The notes under the pieces: model-generated | Databases searched by the model: none | Seen by the model: only the letters and a program-made list of their open reading frames with translations | What the model was told of the DNA's origin: nothing | Program-made: the position numbers and the translations under genes | Part shown: positions 52,648-62,049 of the stretch, one piece after another | Layout: every line of letters begins with the position of its first letter | Position numbering within the stretch: the stretch's first letter is position 1 | NCBI GenBank assembly: GCA_963748625.1 | Contig: CAVVJT010000010.1 | Coordinates: 928,001-992,000 of the forward strand | Length of the DNA stretch: 64,000 nt | Direction: 5' to 3' | Source: an uncultured Chloroflexia bacterium | GTDB taxonomy: Bacteria; Chloroflexota; Limnocylindria; Limnocylindrales; CSP1-4

Positions 52648-52845
52648 CCATCCGCACAAGGATGGTTTGACGGATCTATCCGTGGAGGAATGGAATCCGT
52701 GGAGTCCGTGCAGGGCTCGGACCCTGGACCCGGGGTTCGGTGCGTGACCCCTGCACGGCCCGGGCGGATCTCATCCCCACGGGGATTGTTGGCCGAAATC
52801 GATCCGCGCAGGAATGGATCGCCGAACCGATCGGCGTGAGGATGG
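52648..52845. repeat. ~200-bp imperfect palindrome built from 18-bp ATCCG-N-GGATGG-like units
   Basis: Units at 52648, 52676, 52702, 52771, 52800 and 52828, plus an inverted copy of unit 3 at ~52746. Confidence 0.6.
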
Positions 52846-52992
52846 AACCGGGGGCGAGCGAGAACGGGCAGGCCCGACCGGAGCCGGTCCGCGCGGCTGC
52901 ATGGTTCATGGCCACGCAGGCTAGGCTGCGGGAGGCCGGCGCACTTGCCATCGCGAGCCGGCGCAAGCCACGGAGCCCTACGGAGCTGCCTG

Positions 52993-54159
52993 ATGCCGAT
53001 GACGCCCCGCGAGCGGGTGCTCGCAACCCTCGCCCACGAGGTCCCCGACCGTGTGCCGATCGTGCTCGGCCCGTCGAATGCCACGGGCATCAAGATGGCG
53101 ATCTATCGCCGGATCAAGGCCCTGGCGGGGATCGAGGCGCCGGACGCATACCTCTATGACTGGCCGGAGCTGGGCACAGCCTCGCTCGACGAGGCGACGT
53201 ACGAGCGCCTGCACGTGGACGTGCGCGGTGTGCTCGACCACTTCCCGGCCGCCGTTCGGGCCCGCAACGCCGCTCGTGCGCCGCACACCCCCTTCATCGA
53301 CGACTGGGGCTCGGGGCAGATCGAGGGCCGTGAGGGCGAGTGGTTCCCGGGCTTCCACCCGATCCCCGACGTCGTCTCGATGGACGAGCTCGTGGACTAC
53401 CCGTGGCCGGACATGGCCGACCCGACACGGTTCACGGGCGTGCGGGCCGAGGCGCAGCGGCTCCGCGACGAGGGCGTCTACGCGACGCTGGGCGTGCCCT
53501 GGCTGGCGTTCCCCCTCGAGCGGGCCTTCGCGCTGCAGGGGACGGACAACTTCCTCGCAAGCCTGGCGGCCGAGCCCGACTTCGCCGAGGCGCTGCTCTG
53601 GCAGACCCAGACGCTGTGCAAGGGGCTGCTCGACGGGTTCCTGCGCGAGTGCGGCGATCTCCTGGACATGGTCAAGATCGGGGACGACCTGGGCTCGCAG
53701 GTGGGCCTGCTGATGTCGCCTGCGATGTACCGGCGGATCCTGAAGCCCATCCATGCGGACCTGATCGCGTTCATCAAGGCGCGGACCACGGCGCCGGTCG
53801 TCTTCCACACCGATGGCGACGTGTACGACCTCCTGCCCGACTTCATCGAGATCGGGGTGGACGTGCTCAACCCGGTGCAGGCGTCGGCCGGCGGCATGAG
53901 CGACTTCGCGGGCCTCAAGCGCCGGTTCGGCGAGAACCTGGTCTTCTGCGGGGGCATGGACACGCACCACGTGCTGCCGCACGGCACCCCCGACGAGGTC
54001 CGCGCGGAGGTCCGCCGCGTGATCGCGACGCTGGGCGAGGGCGGCGGGTACATGCTGGGCGCCGTCCACACGGTGATGGGCGATGTGCCACCGGAGAACG
54101 TGCTGGCGATGGTGGACGCCGTCGAAGAGTTCGGGCGCTACAGGCCCCACGGGCGGTAA
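52993..54159 (+). CDS. Uroporphyrinogen decarboxylase/MtaA-CmuA superfamily protein
   Basis: MTPRERV..H.VPDRVP, DDWG, GDDLG, VFHTDG, DVLNPVQ, FCGGMDT, GYMLGAVH, PPENV. Confidence 0.85.
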   Translation: MPMTPRERVLATLAHEVPDRVPIVLGPSNATGIKMAIYRRIKALAGIEAPDAYLYDWPELGTASLDEATYERLHVDVRGVLDHFPAAVRARNAARAPHTPFIDDWGSGQIEGREGEWFPGFHPIPDVVSMDELVDYPWPDMADPTRFTGVRAEAQRLRDEGVYATLGVPWLAFPLERAFALQGTDNFLASLAAEPDFAEALLWQTQTLCKGLLDGFLRECGDLLDMVKIGDDLGSQVGLLMSPAMYRRILKPIHADLIAFIKARTTAPVVFHTDGDVYDLLPDFIEIGVDVLNPVQASAGGMSDFAGLKRRFGENLVFCGGMDTHHVLPHGTPDEVRAEVRRVIATLGEGGGYMLGAVHTVMGDVPPENVLAMVDAVEEFGRYRPHGR

Positions 54160-54186
54160 GGTTCACGCCATGAGAAGGTCCGCCTG

Positions 54187-54933
54187 ATGCGCCTGTACGC
54201 CATCGCCTGCGACGTGGTCGCACGCCCCGTCTACCTCTGCGCCGCGCGCTCGAAACATGTCGTCGACCTGCGGCTGTATGAGCGGGGGCTGCACAACGAC
54301 CCCAAGAACCTTCGCGAACGCCTGCAGGAGGCCATCGACGCGGCGCCCGCGAACGCGGACGCGGTGGTGCTGGGCTACGGCCTCTGCGGCGGGGCGACCG
54401 CGGGCATCGTGGCCCGCGACAAGCCGGTGGTCCTCCCGCGCGCACACGACTGCATCACGCTGTTCCTCGGTGCGCGCGAGCGCTACGCAGACGAGATGGC
54501 CAAGCCCGCCACCTACTGGTACGTCGCCGACCAGCTCGAGCGCAAGGACGGCTATCGGGCTGGTGTGGGCGGTCTCGCCATCGGCTCCGACACGGACGCC
54601 CAGGTGGACGCCATCCGCGCCGAGTACGTGGAGAAGTACGGCGAGGACAATGCGGACTACCTGATGGAGATCCTGGGTGGCTGGCGGGCGCACTACGGGC
54701 GAGCGGCGTTCGTGTCCATGGGGGTCGCGGAGGAGGCCGGGCCTGAAGGGGAGGCGCGCGAGGAGGCCGACCGGCGCGGCTGGGCCTTCGAGCGGATGGA
54801 GGGCAGCATGGTGCTGCTCAAGCGGCTGCTCGACGGCGACTGGGGCGACGACATGCTGATCCTCCAGCCGGGCGAGCAGCTCGCGATGAGCTACGACGAC
54901 GACGTGGTCAGGGCGGTCCCGATCGAGGTCTGA
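54187..54933 (+). CDS. DUF1638-family protein
   Basis: IACDV, GLHNDP, VLGYGLCG, PRAHDCITLFLG, YVEKYGEDNA. Confidence 0.85.
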   Translation: MRLYAIACDVVARPVYLCAARSKHVVDLRLYERGLHNDPKNLRERLQEAIDAAPANADAVVLGYGLCGGATAGIVARDKPVVLPRAHDCITLFLGARERYADEMAKPATYWYVADQLERKDGYRAGVGGLAIGSDTDAQVDAIRAEYVEKYGEDNADYLMEILGGWRAHYGRAAFVSMGVAEEAGPEGEAREEADRRGWAFERMEGSMVLLKRLLDGDWGDDMLILQPGEQLAMSYDDDVVRAVPIEV

Positions 54934-54975
54934 CCGCGGATCTACGGCGCGCGGGGCTACTCCGGCGCTGCGGCG

Positions 54976-56016
54976 CTACTCCGCGCCGAGCCGGCCGTCG
55001 CGGAACGCCGCCACGTACTCCCCGCCGAACGGGTCCCGCCCGAGCAGCATGTCGGCCGCCAGCCTGTACGGCTCGCTGTCGCGGTCCGCCGCGAAGACAC
55101 GCGCGAGGTCGGACGCGACCGGGTCGATGATCCCGCTGTCGATGCCGGCATCCGCAGCGAGGTCGATGAACGTGTCGTTGAGGAGCTTGCGGTTGGGCAT
55201 CCCGAACGACACGTTCGACAGGCCGCCCGTCAGGTGGATCCCCTCGCCGTACTCGACACGGAGCTGGCGGGCGCAGTCGAGGACGTGGTTGGGCGCCTCC
55301 GGCTCCACGGCCACCGGCAGCACCAGCGGGTCCACGTAGAGCAGATCGCCCGCGATGTTGCGGGCCATCGCAAGCTCGATCAGCGTGATGGCGTTGGCCA
55401 CGCGCTCGTCGGCGTTGGCGGGCATCCCGGACGCCCCGCTGGCGGCCAGGATCGCCGCGCAGTCGAACTCGGCCGCGAGATCCAGCACGTCCGGCCGTTC
55501 GATCGACGCGGAGTTGAGCAGCAGGCGCCCGGCCGGCGCCGTGGATGCCGCGACGCCCGCCGCAAGCACCGCGACATCGGACGAGTCGATCGCGACGGGA
55601 ATGCCCGCGGTCGCCTCTGTCGTCACCACGAGCCACGCGATCGCCTCGGCGCGGCGCCCGGAATCGGCCGAGACCTCGTCGGCGTTGAGATCGAGCCAGT
55701 CGGCGCCGGCGGTCTCCTGGCGCCAGGCCAGCGTCTGGATGTAGCGGGCCGCGGTGTCCGCATGCTCGGCGCCGGCGAGGCCCCACAGGATGGCGCTCTG
55801 CACGTGCTTGATCCTGCCGTTGGCGAAGTCGCGCGCCGCCGCAACATCAGGGTGGACGGGCAGCACGAGCGATGCCCCGTCAGGCGCCGTGAACGCGATC
55901 CCGACCACGCCGCCGCCGAATTCCACCGCGTGTTTCCCGGCCTTCTTGAGGACGCGGGTGGCGTGGATGTTCTCGCCGACCACTTGGAACGGCGTGCCGC
56001 CGCGATCGAGCTTCAC
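54976..56016 (-). CDS. Pterin-binding methylcorrinoid:tetrahydrofolate methyltransferase (AcsE/MetH folate-domain-like)
   Basis: VVGENIHATR, GADWLDLN, AIDSSD, LNSAS, YVDPLV, GGLSNVSFGMP, AGIDSGIIDP. Confidence 0.88.
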   Translation of the reverse strand: MKLDRGGTPFQVVGENIHATRVLKKAGKHAVEFGGGVVGIAFTAPDGASLVLPVHPDVAAARDFANGRIKHVQSAILWGLAGAEHADTAARYIQTLAWRQETAGADWLDLNADEVSADSGRRAEAIAWLVVTTEATAGIPVAIDSSDVAVLAAGVAASTAPAGRLLLNSASIERPDVLDLAAEFDCAAILAASGASGMPANADERVANAITLIELAMARNIAGDLLYVDPLVLPVAVEPEAPNHVLDCARQLRVEYGEGIHLTGGLSNVSFGMPNRKLLNDTFIDLAADAGIDSGIIDPVASDLARVFAADRDSEPYRLAADMLLGRDPFGGEYVAAFRDGRLGAE

Positions 56017-57813
56017 GCGTGGATGTCCTTCTTCGCTGCGGGAGGTGCGGGCGGGGCGTCTGCGCCGGACTCGAGCGCCGCCTTCGCGGCCTCCGCGCGG
56101 CCGTAGTGGTCGCGCCCGAGGAAGGTGTTCGCCCACGCGCTCGTCCGGCGCAGCTCGTTGTCCTGCACCATCGGCTCGCGGTCGAGCATGGCGAGCTCCT
56201 CGCCGTACGGCTTGAGCCGCTTGTAGGCATCGGCCCAGACACAGGTGTGGCCCGGGACCTCGCACTGCCCATCGTGGGCGCCGCCGCACGGTCCGTTGCG
56301 CTGGTTCTTCTGGCAGTGGCTCTCGGGGCACAGGTAGGCGATGTCCGGCAGGGAGCAGTCGCCGCAGTCCCGGCAGTCGAACATCGGCAGCTTCGCCGCC
56401 TCCTCCAGCACGTGGAGCGGCTTCTTCACGTGGTACCGCTCGGCGGTCTCGTACACGCGCTTCCAGACGTCGAACCCGGGCGAGCCCGGCTCGAACACGC
56501 GCGAGTGGAGCACGCGGTTGAGCTTGTAGAACGGGTCGACGGTCGCACGGGCCTTCGCTCGAGCAGCGGGCGTGAGCGAGCGCGCGTACCCGCGATGCAG
56601 CTCGGCGGTGTTGAGCCCGGCGCCGTCGCTCTCGAACGGCTGGAACGAGCCCGGCAGGCCCCAGCTGACGTCCTTCACGAGGGAGCGCCAGTCATCGGCC
56701 GGATGGGCGTCCGCCATCTCCATGATCTTCGCGATCTCGCCCGCATCACGGTGTCCGCTGATGTAGATGCCGGCCATGCCCACGCCGCGCGACACGATCA
56801 GCTGCTTGGCCGCGAACTCGAGGAAGAACGCGCGCCCCTTGTCGGTGGCCTTCGCCTGCTTCTCGGCCAGCGCAAGCAGGTCGTCGGTCACCACACATCC
56901 GGGCACCTTGCCCGCGTTGAACGCGCGGGCGACCGGGGCGGACAGGATGTACGCGTTGCCGACCACCGGCACCGCTGAAGCCCTCGCGGTCCATCCAGCG
57001 CAGCAGCGTGTCCTGGCGTCGCGCGTCATAGCCGACCTGCGTGATGGCGTAGTCGGCGCCGGCGCGGACCTTCATCTCCAGCTTGAGGAACTGCGGGATG
57101 AGGTCTCGCTCGAGCCGCTTGAACGGGTCGATCGCGCAGCCAAGCCAGAAGCGGTTGCCATCCGGGTCCGGGGCGCCGTCGGCTGTGGCCTTCGCAACGG
57201 CCTCTTCGCCCAGCGTGCGCAGCAGCGCAAGGAGCGACACGGAGTCGATGTCGAAGACGGGCCTGGGTCCACCCTCCCAGCCCCCGGCGGGGTAGTCACC
57301 GGTGAGGGCCAGCACGCTGTTCAGGCCGCGGGACAGGAGGTTCCAGCCCAGGCTCTGCATGGCGTTGCGGTTCCGGTCCCGGCATGCGACGTGGACGATG
57401 ACGTCATGGCCGTGCTTGGCGGCCTCCTCGCCCAGGACGTCCGGCGGCAGCTTCGCGAACCCGCCCGCGTTGTCGGTGATGGAGAGGGCTGTGATGCGGC
57501 TGTTGCCCGCGAGGTCCGCGGCCATCTTGAGGGGCTTGCCGCCCTTGGCGTCCTGGAGGGCGCCCGCCCAAGGGACCAGCTCCACGATGGTGGCGAACCC
57601 GCCCGGATCCTGCAGCGTGCGGCGGAGGGCGCCGGGGCCCATGGGCGTTGACGGGGTCACGGCTTGCACCTCGGGGGCTGGAACGATCTCGACCGCGGAC
57701 TCCGGCGCGGACTCCTGGGCAGCCTCGACTGCGGGCTCAGGAGCGGGCTCTGGCGCGGGCTCTGGCGCGGGCTCGCCCGCGGCTTCCTCGCTGGACTTGG
57801 GCTTCTTGCTCAC
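56013..57813 (-). CDS. metF: Methylenetetrahydrofolate reductase fused to a MetV-like Cys-rich C-terminal domain; +1 frameshift at ~56973
   Basis: SITDNAGG, HVACRDRNR, LALTGD, KVRAGADYAITQVGYD, then CRDCGDC..LCPESHCQKNQRNGPCGG..CEV..CVW in the next frame. Confidence 0.88.
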
Positions 57814-57832
57814 GGCTGGCTCCAGGGTCTGG

Positions 57833-59449
57833 CTAGATCCCGATCGGCTCGAAGAGGCAGCCGTCGGTGAACAGGTCGAAGAAGTCCGGTTCCGATTCGA
57901 GCTCCACGTGCGCGATCCGGGCGCACAGGGCCTCGAGCTCCGCCCGACGGTCCTGGCGTAGGAGCAGCGTACGCGCCCCAGCAATGGATGCGTTGCCGAC
58001 GCGCTCGATCCGGTCCTCGGGCGCCGGCACCAGCAGCCCGATGTCCACGGCGGACGCCGTGTCGATCGCGTTCGCAAATCCGCCGGCAAGGTAGACGCGG
58101 TCGAGGTCCTCGGGCCGCAGGCCCAGCTTGCGCAGCAGCACCCGCTGGCCGACGGCCGTGGCCGCCTTCGCGATGGACAGGTGGCCGATGTCGCTGCGCG
58201 AGAGGGTGATCGGCCGCTCCGGGACCACCAGCACCTCGTGGGCCTTGTCCGCGTAGCTGCCGCGCTCGGTCATCCAGTCGGCCCGGCGCAGCTCGGCCAG
58301 CAGGTCCACCAGGCCCGACCCGCAGATCCCCTCGGGCTCGGCATCGCCGATGACCTTGATCTCGAACCGACCGTCCCGCAGCGCGACCTTCTCGATCGCG
58401 CCGTCGGCGCCGGGCATCCCGTAGCGCACGCCACCGCCCTCGAACGCGGGTCCGGCGGGGCTGGACGCCGCCAGGACCCGCGTCCCGTCGGACGCGATGA
58501 TCTCGCTGTTCGTCCCGATATCCACGAGCAGGAAGGAGCCGCCCCGCTCGATGGCATCCACCGCCACCAGGTCCGCCGAGGCATCCGCGCCCACGTGGCA
58601 GGCGACCAGCGGGCCGCCCGTGATGCGCGCCTGCGGGTTGACCAGGAGCCCCAGCTCGTGGCCCTTGCGGGTGACCGTCGTGGTGCTCGACGTCCCGCTG
58701 CGCCATGCCGTCTCGGTGGCCGAGCGATACGGGAGGTGCCCGAGGGGCCGGATGTCCAGGTCGAAGAAGAGGTCGCGCATGGTGGGGTTGCCGACCACGT
58801 AGGCATCCACCAGCTGGCGCCGGTCGATCCCCAGCTCGCCGCACAGGCGCTTGAGTTCGTGGTTGAGCGCGCGCCGCAGGGCCAGGCGCATCTCGCCCGG
58901 CACGTCGCTGTCATAGCTGATGCGGGTCATCACGTCCGACCCGCCGAAGCGCTGCGGGTTCTCGAGGCCCACGACCGCGAGCACGGCGCCCGTCGCCAGG
59001 TCCACCACCTCGAGCACCACCGTCGTCGTGCCCACGTCGATCGCGATCCCCAGGGCCGGCCCGTGGGACGCCCCGATGTCGGTGCCGTCGGAGGCGCGGT
59101 ACCGCCCGTCCACCACGGTCACGGCCGGGTCGGTGTCCACCTCACCGGTGGCCTCAGGGGCCAGCAGCACGCGGAGCCGGCGGCGCAGGATCGCGAACTC
59201 CACGTCACGGTCCGCATGCTCCACCACCGCCTGGCAGGCGAGGCGGAACGCCGGCCCGAGGAACGTCTCCTCCTTCGTGCGTGCCGAGAGCTGGTCCCCC
59301 CCGGTCCGGATCTCCACCACGCACTCGTGGCAGGTTCCGGCACGCTTGCAGGACGCGGGGACGACGACCGACAGCTGGCCTGCTTCGTCGAACAGCGAGC
59401 GACCAGGGACGAGCGGACGGCGCTCGGCCCCGTGGATGACATGAGGCAT
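57833..59449 (-). CDS. ASKHA-domain corrinoid reductive activator (RamA/RACE, DUF4445 type) with N-terminal 2Fe-2S domain
   Basis: SCKRAGTCHEC..RLACQ, AIDVGTTTV, GSDVMTRI, VGNPTM, VDIGTNSE, AGPAFEG, GICGSG, LAGGF. Confidence 0.9.
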   Translation of the reverse strand: MPHVIHGAERRPLVPGRSLFDEAGQLSVVVPASCKRAGTCHECVVEIRTGGDQLSARTKEETFLGPAFRLACQAVVEHADRDVEFAILRRRLRVLLAPEATGEVDTDPAVTVVDGRYRASDGTDIGASHGPALGIAIDVGTTTVVLEVVDLATGAVLAVVGLENPQRFGGSDVMTRISYDSDVPGEMRLALRRALNHELKRLCGELGIDRRQLVDAYVVGNPTMRDLFFDLDIRPLGHLPYRSATETAWRSGTSSTTTVTRKGHELGLLVNPQARITGGPLVACHVGADASADLVAVDAIERGGSFLLVDIGTNSEIIASDGTRVLAASSPAGPAFEGGGVRYGMPGADGAIEKVALRDGRFEIKVIGDAEPEGICGSGLVDLLAELRRADWMTERGSYADKAHEVLVVPERPITLSRSDIGHLSIAKAATAVGQRVLLRKLGLRPEDLDRVYLAGGFANAIDTASAVDIGLLVPAPEDRIERVGNASIAGARTLLLRQDRRAELEALCARIAHVELESEPDFFDLFTDGCLFEPIGI

Positions 59450-59684
59450 TCCCAGAGTCTCGCGTGCGCGGTCAAGTGACCGGATGGCCGACGGACACGT
59501 CTTCCACGGGACCTTCCGCCCTGTACCAAATCGCAACCTTCCGGCGACGCTGGCACGAGTCTCTGGTGACGCAACACACCATCGACCGGATCACGGCGCG
59601 CTGGTATGCCTCGCGTGTCGAGCGAAGGCGCCCCCGAGACGAGATGAGACCCGGGCGGTCCCGGGCGTGGAGGAGAGCAAGCAC

Positions 59685-60332
59685 ATGAGCGAGGAACTGT
59701 TCGCCGGCCTGAAGCAGGCGGTCATCGACGGCGACGCGAACGCCGCAGCCGAGCTGGCCCAGAAGGTCCTGGCCGACGGGGTCTCCCCGCTCGACGCGAT
59801 CGACAAGGGCCTGGTCCCCGGGCTGTCCTGGGTCGGCGAGGAGTTCGGCAAGGGCGAGCTGTACCTGCCGGACATGATGCTGGCGGCCCGCGCCATGCAG
59901 CGCGCCACCGCGATCCTCGAGCCCGAGCTCAAGGCGCAGTCGCAGCAGCGGTCCGTCGTGGGCCGCGTGGTCCTGGGCACGGTCAAGGGCGACATCCACG
60001 AGATCGGCAAGAACCTCGTGGGCATGATGCTCGCCACGTCGGGCTTCGAGGTGACGGACCTGGGCGTGGACGTGGCCCCCGAGCGGTTCGTCGAGGCGGC
60101 CCGGGAGTTCAACGCTGACATCGTGGGCGTGTCGGCGCTGCTGACCACCACGATGGCCGGGCAGCGGACCGTCGTCGAGCAGATGGCGGCCGCCGGGCTC
60201 AGCCCCAAGTGCAAGGTCATCGTCGGCGGCGCTCCGGCGAGCGCCAGCTGGGCGGCTGAGATCGGCGCCGACGGCTACACGGAGGATGCGATCGGCGCGG
60301 TCGCCCTCGCGCGCCAGCTCGTCAGCGCCTAG
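59685..60332 (+). CDS. Methyltransferase cognate corrinoid protein (MttC/MtgC-like)
   Basis: Cap domain YLPDMM, GTVKGDIHEIGKN (DxHxxG), DLGVDV, SALLTTT, VGGAP, IGADGY. GGAGGAG RBS. Confidence 0.94.
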   Translation: MSEELFAGLKQAVIDGDANAAAELAQKVLADGVSPLDAIDKGLVPGLSWVGEEFGKGELYLPDMMLAARAMQRATAILEPELKAQSQQRSVVGRVVLGTVKGDIHEIGKNLVGMMLATSGFEVTDLGVDVAPERFVEAAREFNADIVGVSALLTTTMAGQRTVVEQMAAAGLSPKCKVIVGGAPASASWAAEIGADGYTEDAIGAVALARQLVSA

Positions 60333-60514
60333 GCGTCGGCGTCACCGCGCAGGCGTCGCACGCCCCCTGCGCCCCCTGCGTCCCCCGCGTCCCGCGTCCC
60401 GAGCACCGGCGCCGCCCCGGCTCTCCCGGGCGGCGCTCACGGGTCCCGGCTCCCCGATCACGAGCCGGCGCAACGGATCATCTGCCGGGCCCGGGACCCG
60501 GCTGGAGGCAGCAG

Positions 60515-61981
60515 ATGTTCACCACCGCGATGGCGGCCACCGACAGCCCGTCGCGTCCCTCGCTCCAGATTCTCTCGCCCGAGGCGATCCGCCGCATCCA
60601 CGAGGCCACCCTCGAGATCATCGAGACCGTCGGCGTCCGGTTCCCATCCGAGCAGGCGCTCGACACCTGGGAAGCCCACGGCGCCACCGTGGACCGGGCG
60701 ACCTCCATCGTCAAGGTGCCGGCCCACGTCATCGAGGCGGCGCTCCGGACCGCACCTCCCGTCTACACGCTGGGTGCGCGGCGTCCCGACCAGGACCTCC
60801 CGCTCGACGGGAAGCACGTCCACGTCGCCACCGACGGCTGCGGCATCGAGGTCCTGGACCCGTGGACGCTCGAGGTCCGCCGCTCCGTCCTCGCCGACAC
60901 CGCGGACATCGCCCGTGTCGCCGACGCGCTCGACGCGATCTCCTTCCACTGGGTCGCGGTCTCCGCGCAGGACGTGGACCCGGCGGTCCGCTCGGTGACC
61001 GAGCTGGCCGCGATCTTCCGCAACTCCACCAAGCACGCCCAGACCGAGAGCGTCGTGTCGGCCGCCGAGGCGCGCACCGCCATCGAGATGGCCCGCGTCA
61101 TCGCCGGCTCCGACGAGGAGCTGCGCCGTCGGCCGCCGCTCTCGCTGATGCAGTGCACGATCTCGCCGCTCGCCCACGACGGCGGCCCCATCGAGGCGGC
61201 CCTGGTCGCGGCCGAGGCCGGCATCCCGGTCGGATTCATGACCATGGCATCGTGTGCGTTCTCCGGGCCGGCCACCGTGGCGGGCTCGCTGATCGTCGGC
61301 AACGCCGAGGTCGTCACGGCCATGGCGCTCATGCAGCTGGCCTACCCGGGCTCGCCCGTGTACTACGCGGCCGCGCAGACAGCGATGGACCTGCGCTCCG
61401 GCGCGTACACCGGCGGCGGCCCCGAGGACTTCCTGTTCGGTGCGGCCACCAACGAGCTGTCCGACTTCTACAACGTGCCGCTCTCGATGGGCGCGTTTGC
61501 CACCGGCGACAAGACGTCAGGCTGGCAGTCCGGCCTCGAGAACGGCCTCTCGTCGTTCATGGCGACGGTGTCCGGCGCGGACATGCTGCTGGGCGTGGGC
61601 CTGCTGCACGGCTCCCGGATCTGGTCGTACGAGCAGATGGTGCTCGACTGCGAGATCAGCGGGATCGTCAAAGCGGTCGTGAACGGCATCCCCACCGACG
61701 ATGCTGCCCTCGCGCTCGAGGCGATCCGCGAGGTGGGGCCGGGCGGCGAATACCTGACCCTGCCGCACACGCGCTCGGCGATGAAGGGGATCTGGAAGGC
61801 CACGTACCTTGACCGCCGGCCGTACGGCCAGTGGCAGGGCGACCCCGACAAGTACCACCGCGACGCGCTGGAGCGTGCCCGCACGCTGCTCCGCGACCAC
61901 CAGCCCGAGCCCCTCGACCCGGCTGTCGACGCGGAGCTCACCCGACTCATCGCGACCCACGCGCCGGCCATCGTCGGCTGA
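60515..61981 (+). CDS. MttB-superfamily methyltransferase, non-pyrrolysine type
   Basis: IHEATLEIIE..GVRF, ISPL, GPATVAG..GNAE, DLRSG..GGPE, GADML.G.GLL..SYEQMVLD, VGPGGEYL..HT. Confidence 0.9.
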   Translation: MFTTAMAATDSPSRPSLQILSPEAIRRIHEATLEIIETVGVRFPSEQALDTWEAHGATVDRATSIVKVPAHVIEAALRTAPPVYTLGARRPDQDLPLDGKHVHVATDGCGIEVLDPWTLEVRRSVLADTADIARVADALDAISFHWVAVSAQDVDPAVRSVTELAAIFRNSTKHAQTESVVSAAEARTAIEMARVIAGSDEELRRRPPLSLMQCTISPLAHDGGPIEAALVAAEAGIPVGFMTMASCAFSGPATVAGSLIVGNAEVVTAMALMQLAYPGSPVYYAAAQTAMDLRSGAYTGGGPEDFLFGAATNELSDFYNVPLSMGAFATGDKTSGWQSGLENGLSSFMATVSGADMLLGVGLLHGSRIWSYEQMVLDCEISGIVKAVVNGIPTDDAALALEAIREVGPGGEYLTLPHTRSAMKGIWKATYLDRRPYGQWQGDPDKYHRDALERARTLLRDHQPEPLDPAVDAELTRLIATHAPAIVG

Positions 61982-62049
61982 CGTTCCCGCCCATCCCGGT
62001 GCCGGCCCCGGAGTCCTCCGGGGCTGGCACGCAACCTGGAGACCTCCGC

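Noticed and set aside
36478-57775. Coding low-complexity repeats (ROK GDGGTGA, SBP PAATEA, MetF PEPA) as separate elements
   Set aside because: They are in-frame linker expansions within genes and are explained by slippage.
59551-59566. sigma54 promoter (TGGCAC) upstream of the corrinoid gene
   Set aside because: The -12 TTGC is absent (TCTG), and no enhancer-binding protein is in the window.
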